DNA from: a virus
Lineage: Duplodnaviria > Caudoviricetes
Direction: 5' to 3' (one strand)
DNA: 58,941 nt
Virus record (IMG/VR): IMGVR_UViG_3300025276_000037
Location: 1 to 58,941 of that record
The notes under the pieces are model-generated. The model saw only the letters and a program-made list of their open reading frames with translations. It made no database searches and had not been told where the DNA came from. The position numbers were made by a program, and so were the translations under genes. Shown piece after piece: positions 31,001-38,545 of the stretch (its first letter is position 1; every line of letters begins with the position of its first letter).

Positions 31001-34000
31001 AACTCTTAGTGGCGTTGTTTAGCCCTGATTCAAGCTTCTGCCCAACAAACGGCGTGTAGTCAAAGTTAGTAGGTACAGTAAACCCTTCAGCTTCTAAAGC
31101 ACTTTTAACCTCAGCCTCGGTAACAGTGTTAGCGTCTACGTAATTGTCTATGCCAGCAGGGTTGTTTAAGAAGTCGGTAATCTCCTGCTCGCTAGGGTTA
31201 TAGTCCCCAAACGCGCTTTCTGTATCGGCACGTTTTACTCCAGTTGTGTAATCTCCAAGTAAACCGTCTTTAGCAGTTGAGTTAGTACCTACAGTAATGC
31301 CACTTGCTAGTGCCGCTGCTACGGCGGCATCCATACCGTTATCTACTGTCCTAAACTTAAGTTTACCACGTAGCCAGTACGCCTCTTGCGTGTCTCTGGC
31401 TATCCCCAACTGGTCGTGCAGTGCGTCCTCAAGCTCTTGCTGGGTAAGCTCAAACCTACCCGCGTCGTTTCTCAAGCTCGCAAGGTTTAGTAAAGAGTCC
31501 CCAGAGGAAGCATTGTTAATGTCATTAACATACTGTTTGTATATGTCAGAATTTTTGTCTGACAGTATGCCGTCTAACTCTGCTAAAGATGCCGTTTTTT
31601 GGTTTGCGAGTACTGCTGCCGCACGCGCTTGCGTATTGGCTGGTGAGTTGTATTCTTGGTCTTTTATAGTGCGTATAGCACTGGCTTCTCCAGCCGAGCC
31701 GTCCCATGTAACATTTGATCCAGTGACTATCGCATCAATGTCTTCAGTAGTAAATGCGTACCCCGGGTAGTGCTCGGCGTAAAACGCTTCCGCTTCTTCC
31801 CTAGTAACTACCTCGGCGTTTATCGCGCTACCGTAAAGATTTTGTACTTCTGATTCAGTCAGGCCCACTACAGCCGCAGCTACGTTAGGGTTAGCCGCCA
31901 CATAGTTGTCGGCTTGTTCTTTAGTCCAACCGTTAGCTTGAAACAACTCAGACACTTCATCCGCGTCTAATACCGCTAGGTCGGCAACTGGCTCTGCACG
32001 AGCGGTTATAGCCGTAGCTTTATCGTCTTCTACATACTGCCCCAGATACTGATTCATCTCGCTTGCTTGGTCTAAAGTAAGCGTTATCCCTTTCCCAGCG
32101 GCGGCGTCTACTAGGTCTTGTGCTGTTATTACAAGAGGTTCTACGTACGTAGTTATGTCGTCACTAAATGATGTATTAGGGTCGTTGGCTGCGGTGAACT
32201 GTGTTATCTCATCAAAACTTGGGGTGTACCCAGATTTTGCGAACTCCTCCACTACTTCGGCGCTGCTGTTATAATTTGCATCGTCTACTTCGTTGAGTAG
32301 GTTTACCGCTGTGGTACCTGTTACTCCTACATCGTCTAGGAAAAGCTCAAGCTGCTGTGCGCCTGCTGGGGTCTTTGGTGTATTGTTAAACGCGTAGTTT
32401 ACTTGGGGGCTACTATTTAATAGTAAGTGGGTGTTTGGGTCTACCGATTCATTGGTAGTCGTGCCGTTAAAGCTATCGCGCATTGAAAACCCGTCACCTT
32501 GGGTAACGCCGTCAGGATCGTAACTAACTTTAGTGTTATAGTTGGCTAACGGCCCTTGCCCAAGCGTGTATATAGTACCTACAGTACCAGTAGATATTAT
32601 TGGGCTTAGGAACGCCGCCATCCATACATCCGGCGCTACGTCGTATTCTTTGTTTACATTAGCTACTATAAGCGAACCTAAGTGCGCCGTTGTCAGTGTC
32701 TCTTCAACAGTTTCCGACACTGCTTCCCCAACTATTACGTCAACCCCGTTGTCCACTCTGTCCATAAGTTCTTCTGTGGCGCTAGTAAACGAAGCGTTAC
32801 CCTTGTCTCCAAACAAAAACTTTTCCAACTTCGCCCCGCCAAAACCCATACTAAAAGCGGTTAGTACCCCTGCGGTAATAGAGTTCTTAAACGCTAAATC
32901 ATCCGCCATCATCTTAGACATGGCTTTTATTTCATCAGGTTGGTATAAAGGTACCTCTACTGGCTCGTCGTTTACGTACGTCGTGTACGTCTGCTTTGAT
33001 AATTCTTTAAAAGACTCGTTGTAAACTTGGTCGTAAGCCCCATCAAACGTTTCAGACATAGCCACTAACACTTCAGAACCTAGCGCTGCCGTCAGTCCTA
33101 CCCCTGCAATTATGGCCGCACCGGCAGCGGCGGATAAGCCAGCAACACCAACAACAGGGGCGGCAATAGTAGTGGCTCCAGCACCCACTAACCAAGGTAG
33201 CCCTTCTTGAAATATCTCTCCCCCTACCATATCCATTAAGAATACAGACGGGCGGTTTTCTAATGTGCCAAGTATCTTACGTGCAGTACCTTCCGCATTA
33301 CCCATACCCTCTGGTATAGGGGCGCCCATAAGAGCGTCGTTCTCGGCTCTAGCGTCTTTGTAGCCCTGCGTGTGCATCTCTGCACCTAGCCCTTGCCACT
33401 TCTTAGCCCACTCAGTTACTTCTGGGTTTACGTCCATACCAATAAATCTTTGTACACCATTTACGGTGTTTACTACCCCTGCGCCCCATTCGACGAGGTT
33501 AGCGATGTCATCTTCAAACGCATCTTTTCGCTCTTGTGACCCCGGGATGGCATCGAGTACATCCTGCTTTAACTCTTCCCGCTTTGTACTCATCCACACG
33601 GCCATGTCTATATAGCCAGCCATGCCGTTTCTTTGTAGGTCATCTACTATGGCGGCCCTTTCAGCCGTTACTATGACTTCATTCATTTCCATTAGGTTAT
33701 TTACAAAGTCTATTGGGTCTTCTGAACGTAGGGTGACGAAGTCAGTGGCACCCGTGTTAATAGGAACGATACCTTTGTTGGCATCCCATATAGTTACTGG
33801 GGCGGCGTCTCCAGCTTTTTTAACCCACTCAAACTCGTTGGTTACTACATTAAATCTTTTATCCGCGTTGCCCGCTATAACATCCGACCAAGAGGTATCC
33901 CCACCTAGAACTGTTGTCGATACGCTAAGGTCTTCGTTAGCTGCTCGGTCTAAGTTTGTAAAATCGACGTTGGGGTTATCGGCAGCTATAGTATCGGAGT

Positions 34001-36521
34001 ATTCATACACCTCGCCATCTCTATGAAGAGCCTCATACCTGCCAAACCCGCCCGCCGCAGCTATACTACCTTCGTCATTAACCCCGTCTGAATACTGCGC
34101 TGCTAAATCCCAAGCCGCGTTGTCGTTGCTGTCAGGTATTGTATAGGTGCGATAAAAGTTCTCCCCTATGAATGCACTACGATTTGCTTCAAACAAGCCA
34201 TCATAAAGTTCATTCCTTGTCATCCGTGCGTGCTGTTCTTCGGTTAGCGGGCCTTCATAATCACGCCACCCATTATTCGCACTTTGTTTAATTATACTGT
34301 CTGCTCTTTCCTTGGCGTAAGCATCAGCATAATAGTTAGCTATTGCGTTCCTATCCCCCGTAGCTAGTACATCGTCTAGCTCGCTTATTTTTGGTGCCCT
34401 TACATACGTATCTACCACCTCTTTCGGTACGGCGGGCTGTCCTGCTTTACCTTTTATAAGGTCTGAATACGTCTGTGAAAACATTGTAGTATTGTTACTA
34501 GAAGGTTTATCCGCGTATACAATTACCTCTCCCAATATCTGCGATGCTGTGTCGAGCACTTCTTTTTCTTCCATGACTGCGGCAGCGGCGTTGTTAGTGG
34601 CAAGCCCCGCTTTAGACCCCATAGATAAGTAATGGTCGTAACCATCTTCTAGGGGTATATTGTTTATTTCAGCGTACTCTCCAAGAACAAAATTTGAATC
34701 CATTGCTGTAACGAATACCTTAGATATTTCGTCGTTTATAGGGTTAAAGTTGTTGTTTACTTCCTCCGAGGACGTTTCTAAATCACCCAAGTAGTCAGTT
34801 AAGTCTAGGTTTAGTTGATCCCACTGCTCGTATAGTGGAGCTAACTGTGTGTTTAAATTTTCTAGTGTTGTTCTGTTATCCTCTAAATAACCGTTGTAGT
34901 CGCCATATGTATCGTTTAAGTCCTCAGACAACGCACTAATAGCCCTATTATCGTAAAAATCTTGCTGCCGTTCCCACTGAGCTACGTCCAAGGCACGGCG
35001 CTCGTCGCCTTGCTTGCCGTTGGTCATTTCTAAACCCACATCGCCGTCGTGAAGTTGCCACCAACTTCTATCTTGGCCAGTAATATACCACTCAATTGCG
35101 AGTGGTACATTATACTCAGCGACGTCTCGTCTCGCTCTATAATCGCCATCACTGCCGCTGTAATAACCATTACCGCTATCTTTTAGATTTTGTACCTCAG
35201 AATCAAAAAGAGCCTCTGTAAAAGTCTGTCCCCCTCCATCTGGGTTAAACACCATTTCGTTTCGCTTGGACATGAGGTCATCCCCTTGCCTGTACCCACT
35301 GGTACCACGTTTGAACGACCAACCCGGCTCGTTGGCATTTTGCGCTAGTTCAGCGAAACTGTATCCCGTTACGTTATCCCCAGAGCCAGTCGTAAACGCA
35401 GGCGCCTGAAAGTTTTCTAAGCTAATGTTATACTTTCTTCCATACTCATCTAGGGTATCAGCTATGGCTTTAGCTTGGTTTTGTAGCCCTTCTATAGACC
35501 CTGTCCACAAGTTCCCCAAAGAGTCTATAGTGTCACTTACTGCACCAAAGTCTCCCGTTAATACGTCGAGAGCGTTGTCTAATACGTCCCCTAGGAGAGA
35601 GTCTCCTATAGCTTTGTTTAATTCTTGTGCGCCAAAACCTTTTATTGTTTCTAACAATACGCGAGCGGCGTCGTCCCCAGTGCCTCCGGCAAGAGCTACG
35701 GTAGCTGTTCGCTGTATACTAGTGGTTAAGAAAGATAATTGTCTGTCTGATATGTCCCCAGTTATAAACTCGGGTACTTTGCCCAACACGCTACTAACTG
35801 CTTCAGTGGTTATAAGCGCCTTGCTAACAGCTTCGGCGTAGAGTGCAGGGGTAATCTCTTCCCCTTGTAATTCGGCGGTAAGCCCTGCGCTTATTACATT
35901 AAGAGCCGCTTGGGGTAGAGGGTAGTTTTTACCTTCTAAATCTTTAAATGCAAGCCCTATACGCTCGTCTATCTCTCCTAGAGCAATACTAGCTAACTCT
36001 TCAGTGCTAACAGACAGGACGCCACCAACGAACGCATCAGCGCCACTTTCCCCTAGTACAAGTGCGTTAACTCCACGCTCCGTGCCTTCTACTAACGACG
36101 CAGCTACAACATCATTATAGTATTGGTCTGGGACATACTCGGCGTATTTCGCATCTACAAACCCAGCGGTTTTCGTGCCAAGATATTGAGCCGAATATCC
36201 TACCGCTACACTCTTTAATACATCTTCCCAGTCCCCCCCGGCGTCAATTACAGCAGCACCGTTCATTAGAGGTATAAGCCACCCCTGACCTGTAGATATT
36301 AGTACAGCTTCGGCCACGAATTTTATGGGGTCTTGAAGAATACCGTTAACTACGTCTTTTTGAAACTCATACACAGGTTCCCAAACTTCGTCGTCAAACC
36401 ATCTACCGACCTCTTCTAGGTCATCTTCAAACCCGCCGTGGAACACGAAGTCTTCCAGATCTTTACCCCAATCAGATACATTGTCCCAAGTGTCTTCCCA
36501 TATGCTCGTTAGTCCGCCCAT
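25032..36521 (-). CDS. Giant acidic repeat-containing protein, probably internal virion
   Basis: Uninterrupted 3829-aa ORF, TAATG-coupled to the upstream gene; several repeat arrays, EF-hand/dockerin-like DVNADGVIDQTD, C-terminal AAEGGLI. Confidence 0.8.
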   Translation of the reverse strand: MGGLTSIWEDTWDNVSDWGKDLEDFVFHGGFEDDLEEVGRWFDDEVWEPVYEFQKDVVNGILQDPIKFVAEAVLISTGQGWLIPLMNGAAVIDAGGDWEDVLKSVAVGYSAQYLGTKTAGFVDAKYAEYVPDQYYNDVVAASLVEGTERGVNALVLGESGADAFVGGVLSVSTEELASIALGEIDERIGLAFKDLEGKNYPLPQAALNVISAGLTAELQGEEITPALYAEAVSKALITTEAVSSVLGKVPEFITGDISDRQLSFLTTSIQRTATVALAGGTGDDAARVLLETIKGFGAQELNKAIGDSLLGDVLDNALDVLTGDFGAVSDTIDSLGNLWTGSIEGLQNQAKAIADTLDEYGRKYNISLENFQAPAFTTGSGDNVTGYSFAELAQNANEPGWSFKRGTSGYRQGDDLMSKRNEMVFNPDGGGQTFTEALFDSEVQNLKDSGNGYYSGSDGDYRARRDVAEYNVPLAIEWYITGQDRSWWQLHDGDVGLEMTNGKQGDERRALDVAQWERQQDFYDNRAISALSEDLNDTYGDYNGYLEDNRTTLENLNTQLAPLYEQWDQLNLDLTDYLGDLETSSEEVNNNFNPINDEISKVFVTAMDSNFVLGEYAEINNIPLEDGYDHYLSMGSKAGLATNNAAAAVMEEKEVLDTASQILGEVIVYADKPSSNNTTMFSQTYSDLIKGKAGQPAVPKEVVDTYVRAPKISELDDVLATGDRNAIANYYADAYAKERADSIIKQSANNGWRDYEGPLTEEQHARMTRNELYDGLFEANRSAFIGENFYRTYTIPDSNDNAAWDLAAQYSDGVNDEGSIAAAGGFGRYEALHRDGEVYEYSDTIAADNPNVDFTNLDRAANEDLSVSTTVLGGDTSWSDVIAGNADKRFNVVTNEFEWVKKAGDAAPVTIWDANKGIVPINTGATDFVTLRSEDPIDFVNNLMEMNEVIVTAERAAIVDDLQRNGMAGYIDMAVWMSTKREELKQDVLDAIPGSQERKDAFEDDIANLVEWGAGVVNTVNGVQRFIGMDVNPEVTEWAKKWQGLGAEMHTQGYKDARAENDALMGAPIPEGMGNAEGTARKILGTLENRPSVFLMDMVGGEIFQEGLPWLVGAGATTIAAPVVGVAGLSAAAGAAIIAGVGLTAALGSEVLVAMSETFDGAYDQVYNESFKELSKQTYTTYVNDEPVEVPLYQPDEIKAMSKMMADDLAFKNSITAGVLTAFSMGFGGAKLEKFLFGDKGNASFTSATEELMDRVDNGVDVIVGEAVSETVEETLTTAHLGSLIVANVNKEYDVAPDVWMAAFLSPIISTGTVGTIYTLGQGPLANYNTKVSYDPDGVTQGDGFSMRDSFNGTTTNESVDPNTHLLLNSSPQVNYAFNNTPKTPAGAQQLELFLDDVGVTGTTAVNLLNEVDDANYNSSAEVVEEFAKSGYTPSFDEITQFTAANDPNTSFSDDITTYVEPLVITAQDLVDAAAGKGITLTLDQASEMNQYLGQYVEDDKATAITARAEPVADLAVLDADEVSELFQANGWTKEQADNYVAANPNVAAAVVGLTESEVQNLYGSAINAEVVTREEAEAFYAEHYPGYAFTTEDIDAIVTGSNVTWDGSAGEASAIRTIKDQEYNSPANTQARAAAVLANQKTASLAELDGILSDKNSDIYKQYVNDINNASSGDSLLNLASLRNDAGRFELTQQELEDALHDQLGIARDTQEAYWLRGKLKFRTVDNGMDAAVAAALASGITVGTNSTAKDGLLGDYTTGVKRADTESAFGDYNPSEQEITDFLNNPAGIDNYVDANTVTEAEVKSALEAEGFTVPTNFDYTPFVGQKLESGLNNATKSWRDANTVTEAEVESALQAAGFTVPANFDYTPFIGKNKADSGINNATKSWRNANTVTEAEVKSALEAEGFTVPADFDYTPFIGKNKADSGLEATAKTYAGANTITEAEVRKSLTDQGFTVPTNFDYTPFIGQKPESGLNNATKSWRDANTVTEAEVKSALEAEGFTVPADFDYTPFIGKYDQTGLPAKTANWREANTITEAEVKARLAIQGFNVPADFDYSAFTGKKPESGLDAATQSWRGDNTTTEAEAIASLQGQGYVIPEGFDVTQFTGKNKDSTDLATEVYQYLSPLQYTRGDAEAALATELGRALTADDLVTYENYLDGMVDMTGARTNTQGDLQVQEQITNAADVKSYLDGLDYDTSGLTNEDLLAFAGTGLDIDLDADTAGYQAANETITQRDARVEAEAAAAKKRQDTITAFGDYNPSEAEITAYLNNNTGITQYVDDNTVTQAEVKKSLEDQDFVVPEGFDYSQYTGKKPQANLDTATKAWRDANTVTEAEVKLALEAKGFTVPEDFNYDAFTGKNKPDTGIKGGVDTYLAPRQYTRAEAKADLGRELGISSNNIDEEIYGAYLDQIVQLNGDANADSAGKTKLQGDITNAADVKSYLDGLDYDTTGLTNEELLAFAGTGLDIDLGTTTSGYQTANETITQRDARVEAERVEAEAVASMRADIEAAMDDATQDGGAYTEAARAGLISWFSTGRGRAGFEGLNADQRKQAIQRDIDARRYTRSEVADDLRAAFPADVGLSIEDLEAKYAGAFDLVKTGAYATDGEQRTAFEEGTVTGDEANAYFRDVLGYGEGWIPSGNIASRLVGVGNEATVLPEDIANLTGDALDLYNETTVTQDEVMAAMITNPTDFGFADAAAVGQAISEGLDLSAYTGNYWQDGFTYTNGATTPSLTDRLDDATVSEAEINAYLQGEGFAVPNTSDIFGGSLGFNADTTESITATYRNENEVTYNEIRARLAAELGVNESTLYNANGDPKTGYTDSELLAAGFTQGKNVAQSGLSKEITDNVLTRADIEAHLLSKGYDQSDINNFDSSSIDWNDRTGLNTITSSFQNATRTTAQKQVATDLLGKGWTAASNADIAAVENLDSAGRDAWIADRQFTTQQAKDALAAQGITPSNTTAYASLVTALTVNKGAAGTPAMQGALVDNVEDPLIDQYITTQEEVNAEFGKYAYFDPANAGIPTGVIDDSTLAGLVQTHVGNNYVVAEDARVELDKIAGVDAYEVDNNGEYVITDDQLLGLGLAGQYTPADLASRVDAATVTEAEVKAAYGGYTPTQAEIDQFMGLNPQGDLQGAVDAAQQANYDTLVGEVSGLAETVTSLEAKLTGALAGGGSIDQAISKVASDLGLTDSTLRGLITANTSKFTADLQTTLTTANLYTDTQISNLKAALDLAIGENAGDIAQAKEDAATALGLTKEALEKLIGDNSDALSSLGLNVDGLTSRVGLNEDEIAALQQALADAIDAFGVDTAQAKADAIQSAANTLGISVEALQDQIDTNADNLSSLGLNVDGLTSRVGLNEDEIAALQQALADAIDAFGVDTAQAKADAIQSAANTLGISVEALQDQIDTNADNLSSLGLNVDGLTSRVGLNEDEIAALQQALADAIDAFGVDTAQAKSDAMLAAADALGISVEALQDQIDTNADDLSGLGSSLDALTTRVSTNEGKLADLYDLIDDLAANGGSSDEAITALQEIIGNAAVEDDLSTPDIDESSPATGLYAQSGEGINDEVTLAIDAIYGYIGDMDTVDSTELDAIGAVVGKRGTEVTEDDIIAVTGIIDNYNAVPWEDAPNYAENEIKYDVNADGVIDQTDIDLLTAVQTGDYGTYGGELATDSLFATTGFYDIFDQNTYTQEQAAIEAERKRQQDLDTQNDINTQIQTDINTQIALDRANAEKEEYGDLMQQVQAMSQVSVETPQELANIEYMYDVYGDSPFATDKQRGLYQSPYARAKQDEMAATQQLPLRAAAEGGLIEDETDELMKLLGI
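26046..26696. repeat. 3 x 216-bp (72 aa) near-perfect tandem repeat
   Basis: AGATAAAT recurs at 26046, 26262 and 26478; two copies look identical, the third has a few substitutions. Confidence 0.95.
29030..31220. repeat. Nested array of 47-48 aa NTVTEAEV units within a larger duplicated block
   Basis: 7 + 2 units like ANTVTEAEVKSALEAEGFTVPxxFDYTPFIG; the ITNAADVKSYLDGLDYD...QRDARVEAE block occurs twice, 756 bp apart. Confidence 0.92.
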
Positions 36522-36976
36522 TATACTTTCTTACCTTTATTTTTTATGGGGGCATCGGATAACGCCACTAGAGCTACGTATTGTGTTTTTCCGTTGTCTC
36601 CAACGTTAATACCTACACCCTTGGGTTTTAATTGGTTATATACTTTACGAAACGCATTTTCGTAGTTTGGGTCACTAAAACGTACTTCGTAATACCTAAC
36701 TCCAATCTTTTGTATATGGGCTAGGTAGTCTGTTATGTTTTTAGGTAAGTTAGTAGAGGTGTCTATGCTATACATAGTACCTTTCATCTTATCTTGGTGT
36801 TTGCCTTCCGCTCTTGTAGATATAAACGCGGTGTTCCCCGACTGGACTATTTCTGTATTTGGGGCAGCAGCTAACGACGCTATGTAAGCTAGATATTTTG
36901 GGTCTTGTCCTTCCAACACCGATGCAATAATCTCGGGGCCAGACAATAACTTTTCTTGCCTACTTATCTGTTGCAT
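36521..36976 (-). CDS. Hypothetical protein, possibly GNAT-fold / T7 gp13-like
   Basis: 151 aa, directly before the ejection genes where such proteins often sit; fold is a guess. Confidence 0.55.
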   Translation of the reverse strand: MQQISRQEKLLSGPEIIASVLEGQDPKYLAYIASLAAAPNTEIVQSGNTAFISTRAEGKHQDKMKGTMYSIDTSTNLPKNITDYLAHIQKIGVRYYEVRFSDPNYENAFRKVYNQLKPKGVGINVGDNGKTQYVALVALSDAPIKNKGKKV

Positions 36977-36985
36977 ACTGCGCTC

Positions 36986-38545
36986 CTAGTTAAGGTCAAC
37001 AAAACTGCCATTGGCATATAGTTTTAGCTTATGGTCATCGGTGTCGTAGTATACCTGCCCATTTGCTGGAGAGCTAGGAGCAGCACTCTGCGCTGGGAAC
37101 TGAACTCCGCCGTTAAGTGGCTGTGTCACTAGATCACCAAGTTGCTGTGCGCCAGCTACAACTTTACTATACCTTAAATTACCGTCTTCAGAGCCGTCAG
37201 ACGCATCGCCTATTTCTGTATATACACTGGCGTACAAGATTTTCTCTGGGCCACCCGATGAGAAGCCACGGTCGTTACTACCGTAAAACTCTATTTTCCC
37301 TAAGTCTTCTCCATCTGCTCCGTTAGATTGAGAACGATAGAGTTCAATAATAGGACTAGCGTCAGCACTATTTTCATTATTTCTTATAACAAGGTCAGCA
37401 CTTGTACTATTGCTAGTAATAGTTAAAGGGGCAGTTTTTACTTGCACGCCCGTATTATCTATTATTACTGCCTGTGCAGTTGAACCTGCTTGTGTAGTCT
37501 CAACTATAAACCTACCATCTTCTGAACCGGCAGTTGAATCTACGATTTCTCCGTAAATAGTAGCATACTGGATTTGCTGAGGGCCACCACTAGACAAACC
37601 ACGGTCATTAGCACCGAAGAACTGTATTTCCCCTATCTCGTCACCATCATTACCGCCACTAGAACCGTGTGCCCGGTTTAACTTGATAATAGGGCTAGCA
37701 TCGGCACTACTTGCTTCATTATTGGTTATTACTAAGTCAGCGTTTGTATCGCTACTTGTTATAGTTAAAGGGGCAGCAGCAGTAACGTCACCTGTAACAG
37801 TAAGGTCACCATTAACAGTAGTGTCGCCAGCGGTGAATGCTACGGAAGAATTTGTAACCGCTAAAGTACCGCTTGTAAGGTCTGGGAGATATATATCGTA
37901 AGCACCATTAGCTACAGTAGCATTTGGAGTGGCGTTTAACTTAAATGATTTTTGAGCCGCATTGGGACTGAAAAACTGCATATACCCATTACTGTATGAC
38001 ATTAAGATAGGATTGCCATAACCCATTTGCAGACCGTAAGAGAATAGGCTCATCGCTGGGTCTTCTTGACCACCACCATGGCCTAACTTAAATTTAAGAG
38101 CACCTTGTTCGTTACCATCAACGGGGTACTCTGTTTCGGCGTAAATTCCAGCGTATTCAAATTTTTCTGGCGTACTAGCGTTATTATTGGTACCAAAGAA
38201 TTTTACCGCCCCTATTTCAGAACCACTTGCCGCAGGTGTAGGACTATCTCGAAATAGTTCTATACTTGGATTTTCAGTAGTGCTGTTTGGGTCTATGCTT
38301 GTGAGTTTTAATGTATTGGAATTGACGTTAAGTTCGCCATTAATTGTAGTAGCGCCAGCAGTAACCCCACCAGTAACAGTAAGGTCACCATTGATAGTAG
38401 TGTCGCCTAGGTCTTGACGCAAGTGCTCATCTAGCTGGTTAAAGTACAAACGCAGGACGCTAAACGTGCGTTGGTACAGGCTCTGATTGTACTGTGCAGG
38501 CGGTATCGGCAGGGCTGGGGACTTAAACTTGACGTTATTAGCCAT
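36986..38545 (-). CDS. Tail fibre / receptor-binding protein
   Basis: N-terminal P.LP..P..Y...LRLYFNQLD anchor, GDLTVTG beta repeats, triplicated module, C-terminal APSSPANGQVYYDT. Confidence 0.75.
   Translation of the reverse strand: MANNVKFKSPALPIPPAQYNQSLYQRTFSVLRLYFNQLDEHLRQDLGDTTINGDLTVTGGVTAGATTINGELNVNSNTLKLTSIDPNSTTENPSIELFRDSPTPAASGSEIGAVKFFGTNNNASTPEKFEYAGIYAETEYPVDGNEQGALKFKLGHGGGQEDPAMSLFSYGLQMGYGNPILMSYSNGYMQFFSPNAAQKSFKLNATPNATVANGAYDIYLPDLTSGTLAVTNSSVAFTAGDTTVNGDLTVTGDVTAAAPLTITSSDTNADLVITNNEASSADASPIIKLNRAHGSSGGNDGDEIGEIQFFGANDRGLSSGGPQQIQYATIYGEIVDSTAGSEDGRFIVETTQAGSTAQAVIIDNTGVQVKTAPLTITSNSTSADLVIRNNENSADASPIIELYRSQSNGADGEDLGKIEFYGSNDRGFSSGGPEKILYASVYTEIGDASDGSEDGNLRYSKVVAGAQQLGDLVTQPLNGGVQFPAQSAAPSSPANGQVYYDTDDHKLKLYANGSFVDLN

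Noticed and set aside
26046-31220. Repeat arrays as CRISPR or DGR template/variable repeats
   Set aside because: In-frame coding repeats without unique spacers; differences are not adenine-specific and no reverse transcriptase is present.
25032-36521. Giant ORF as virion RNA polymerase or tape measure protein
   Set aside because: No DxDGD or T7-type polymerase motifs recognised, and no tail tube or tail chaperone genes; needs a profile search to exclude fully.
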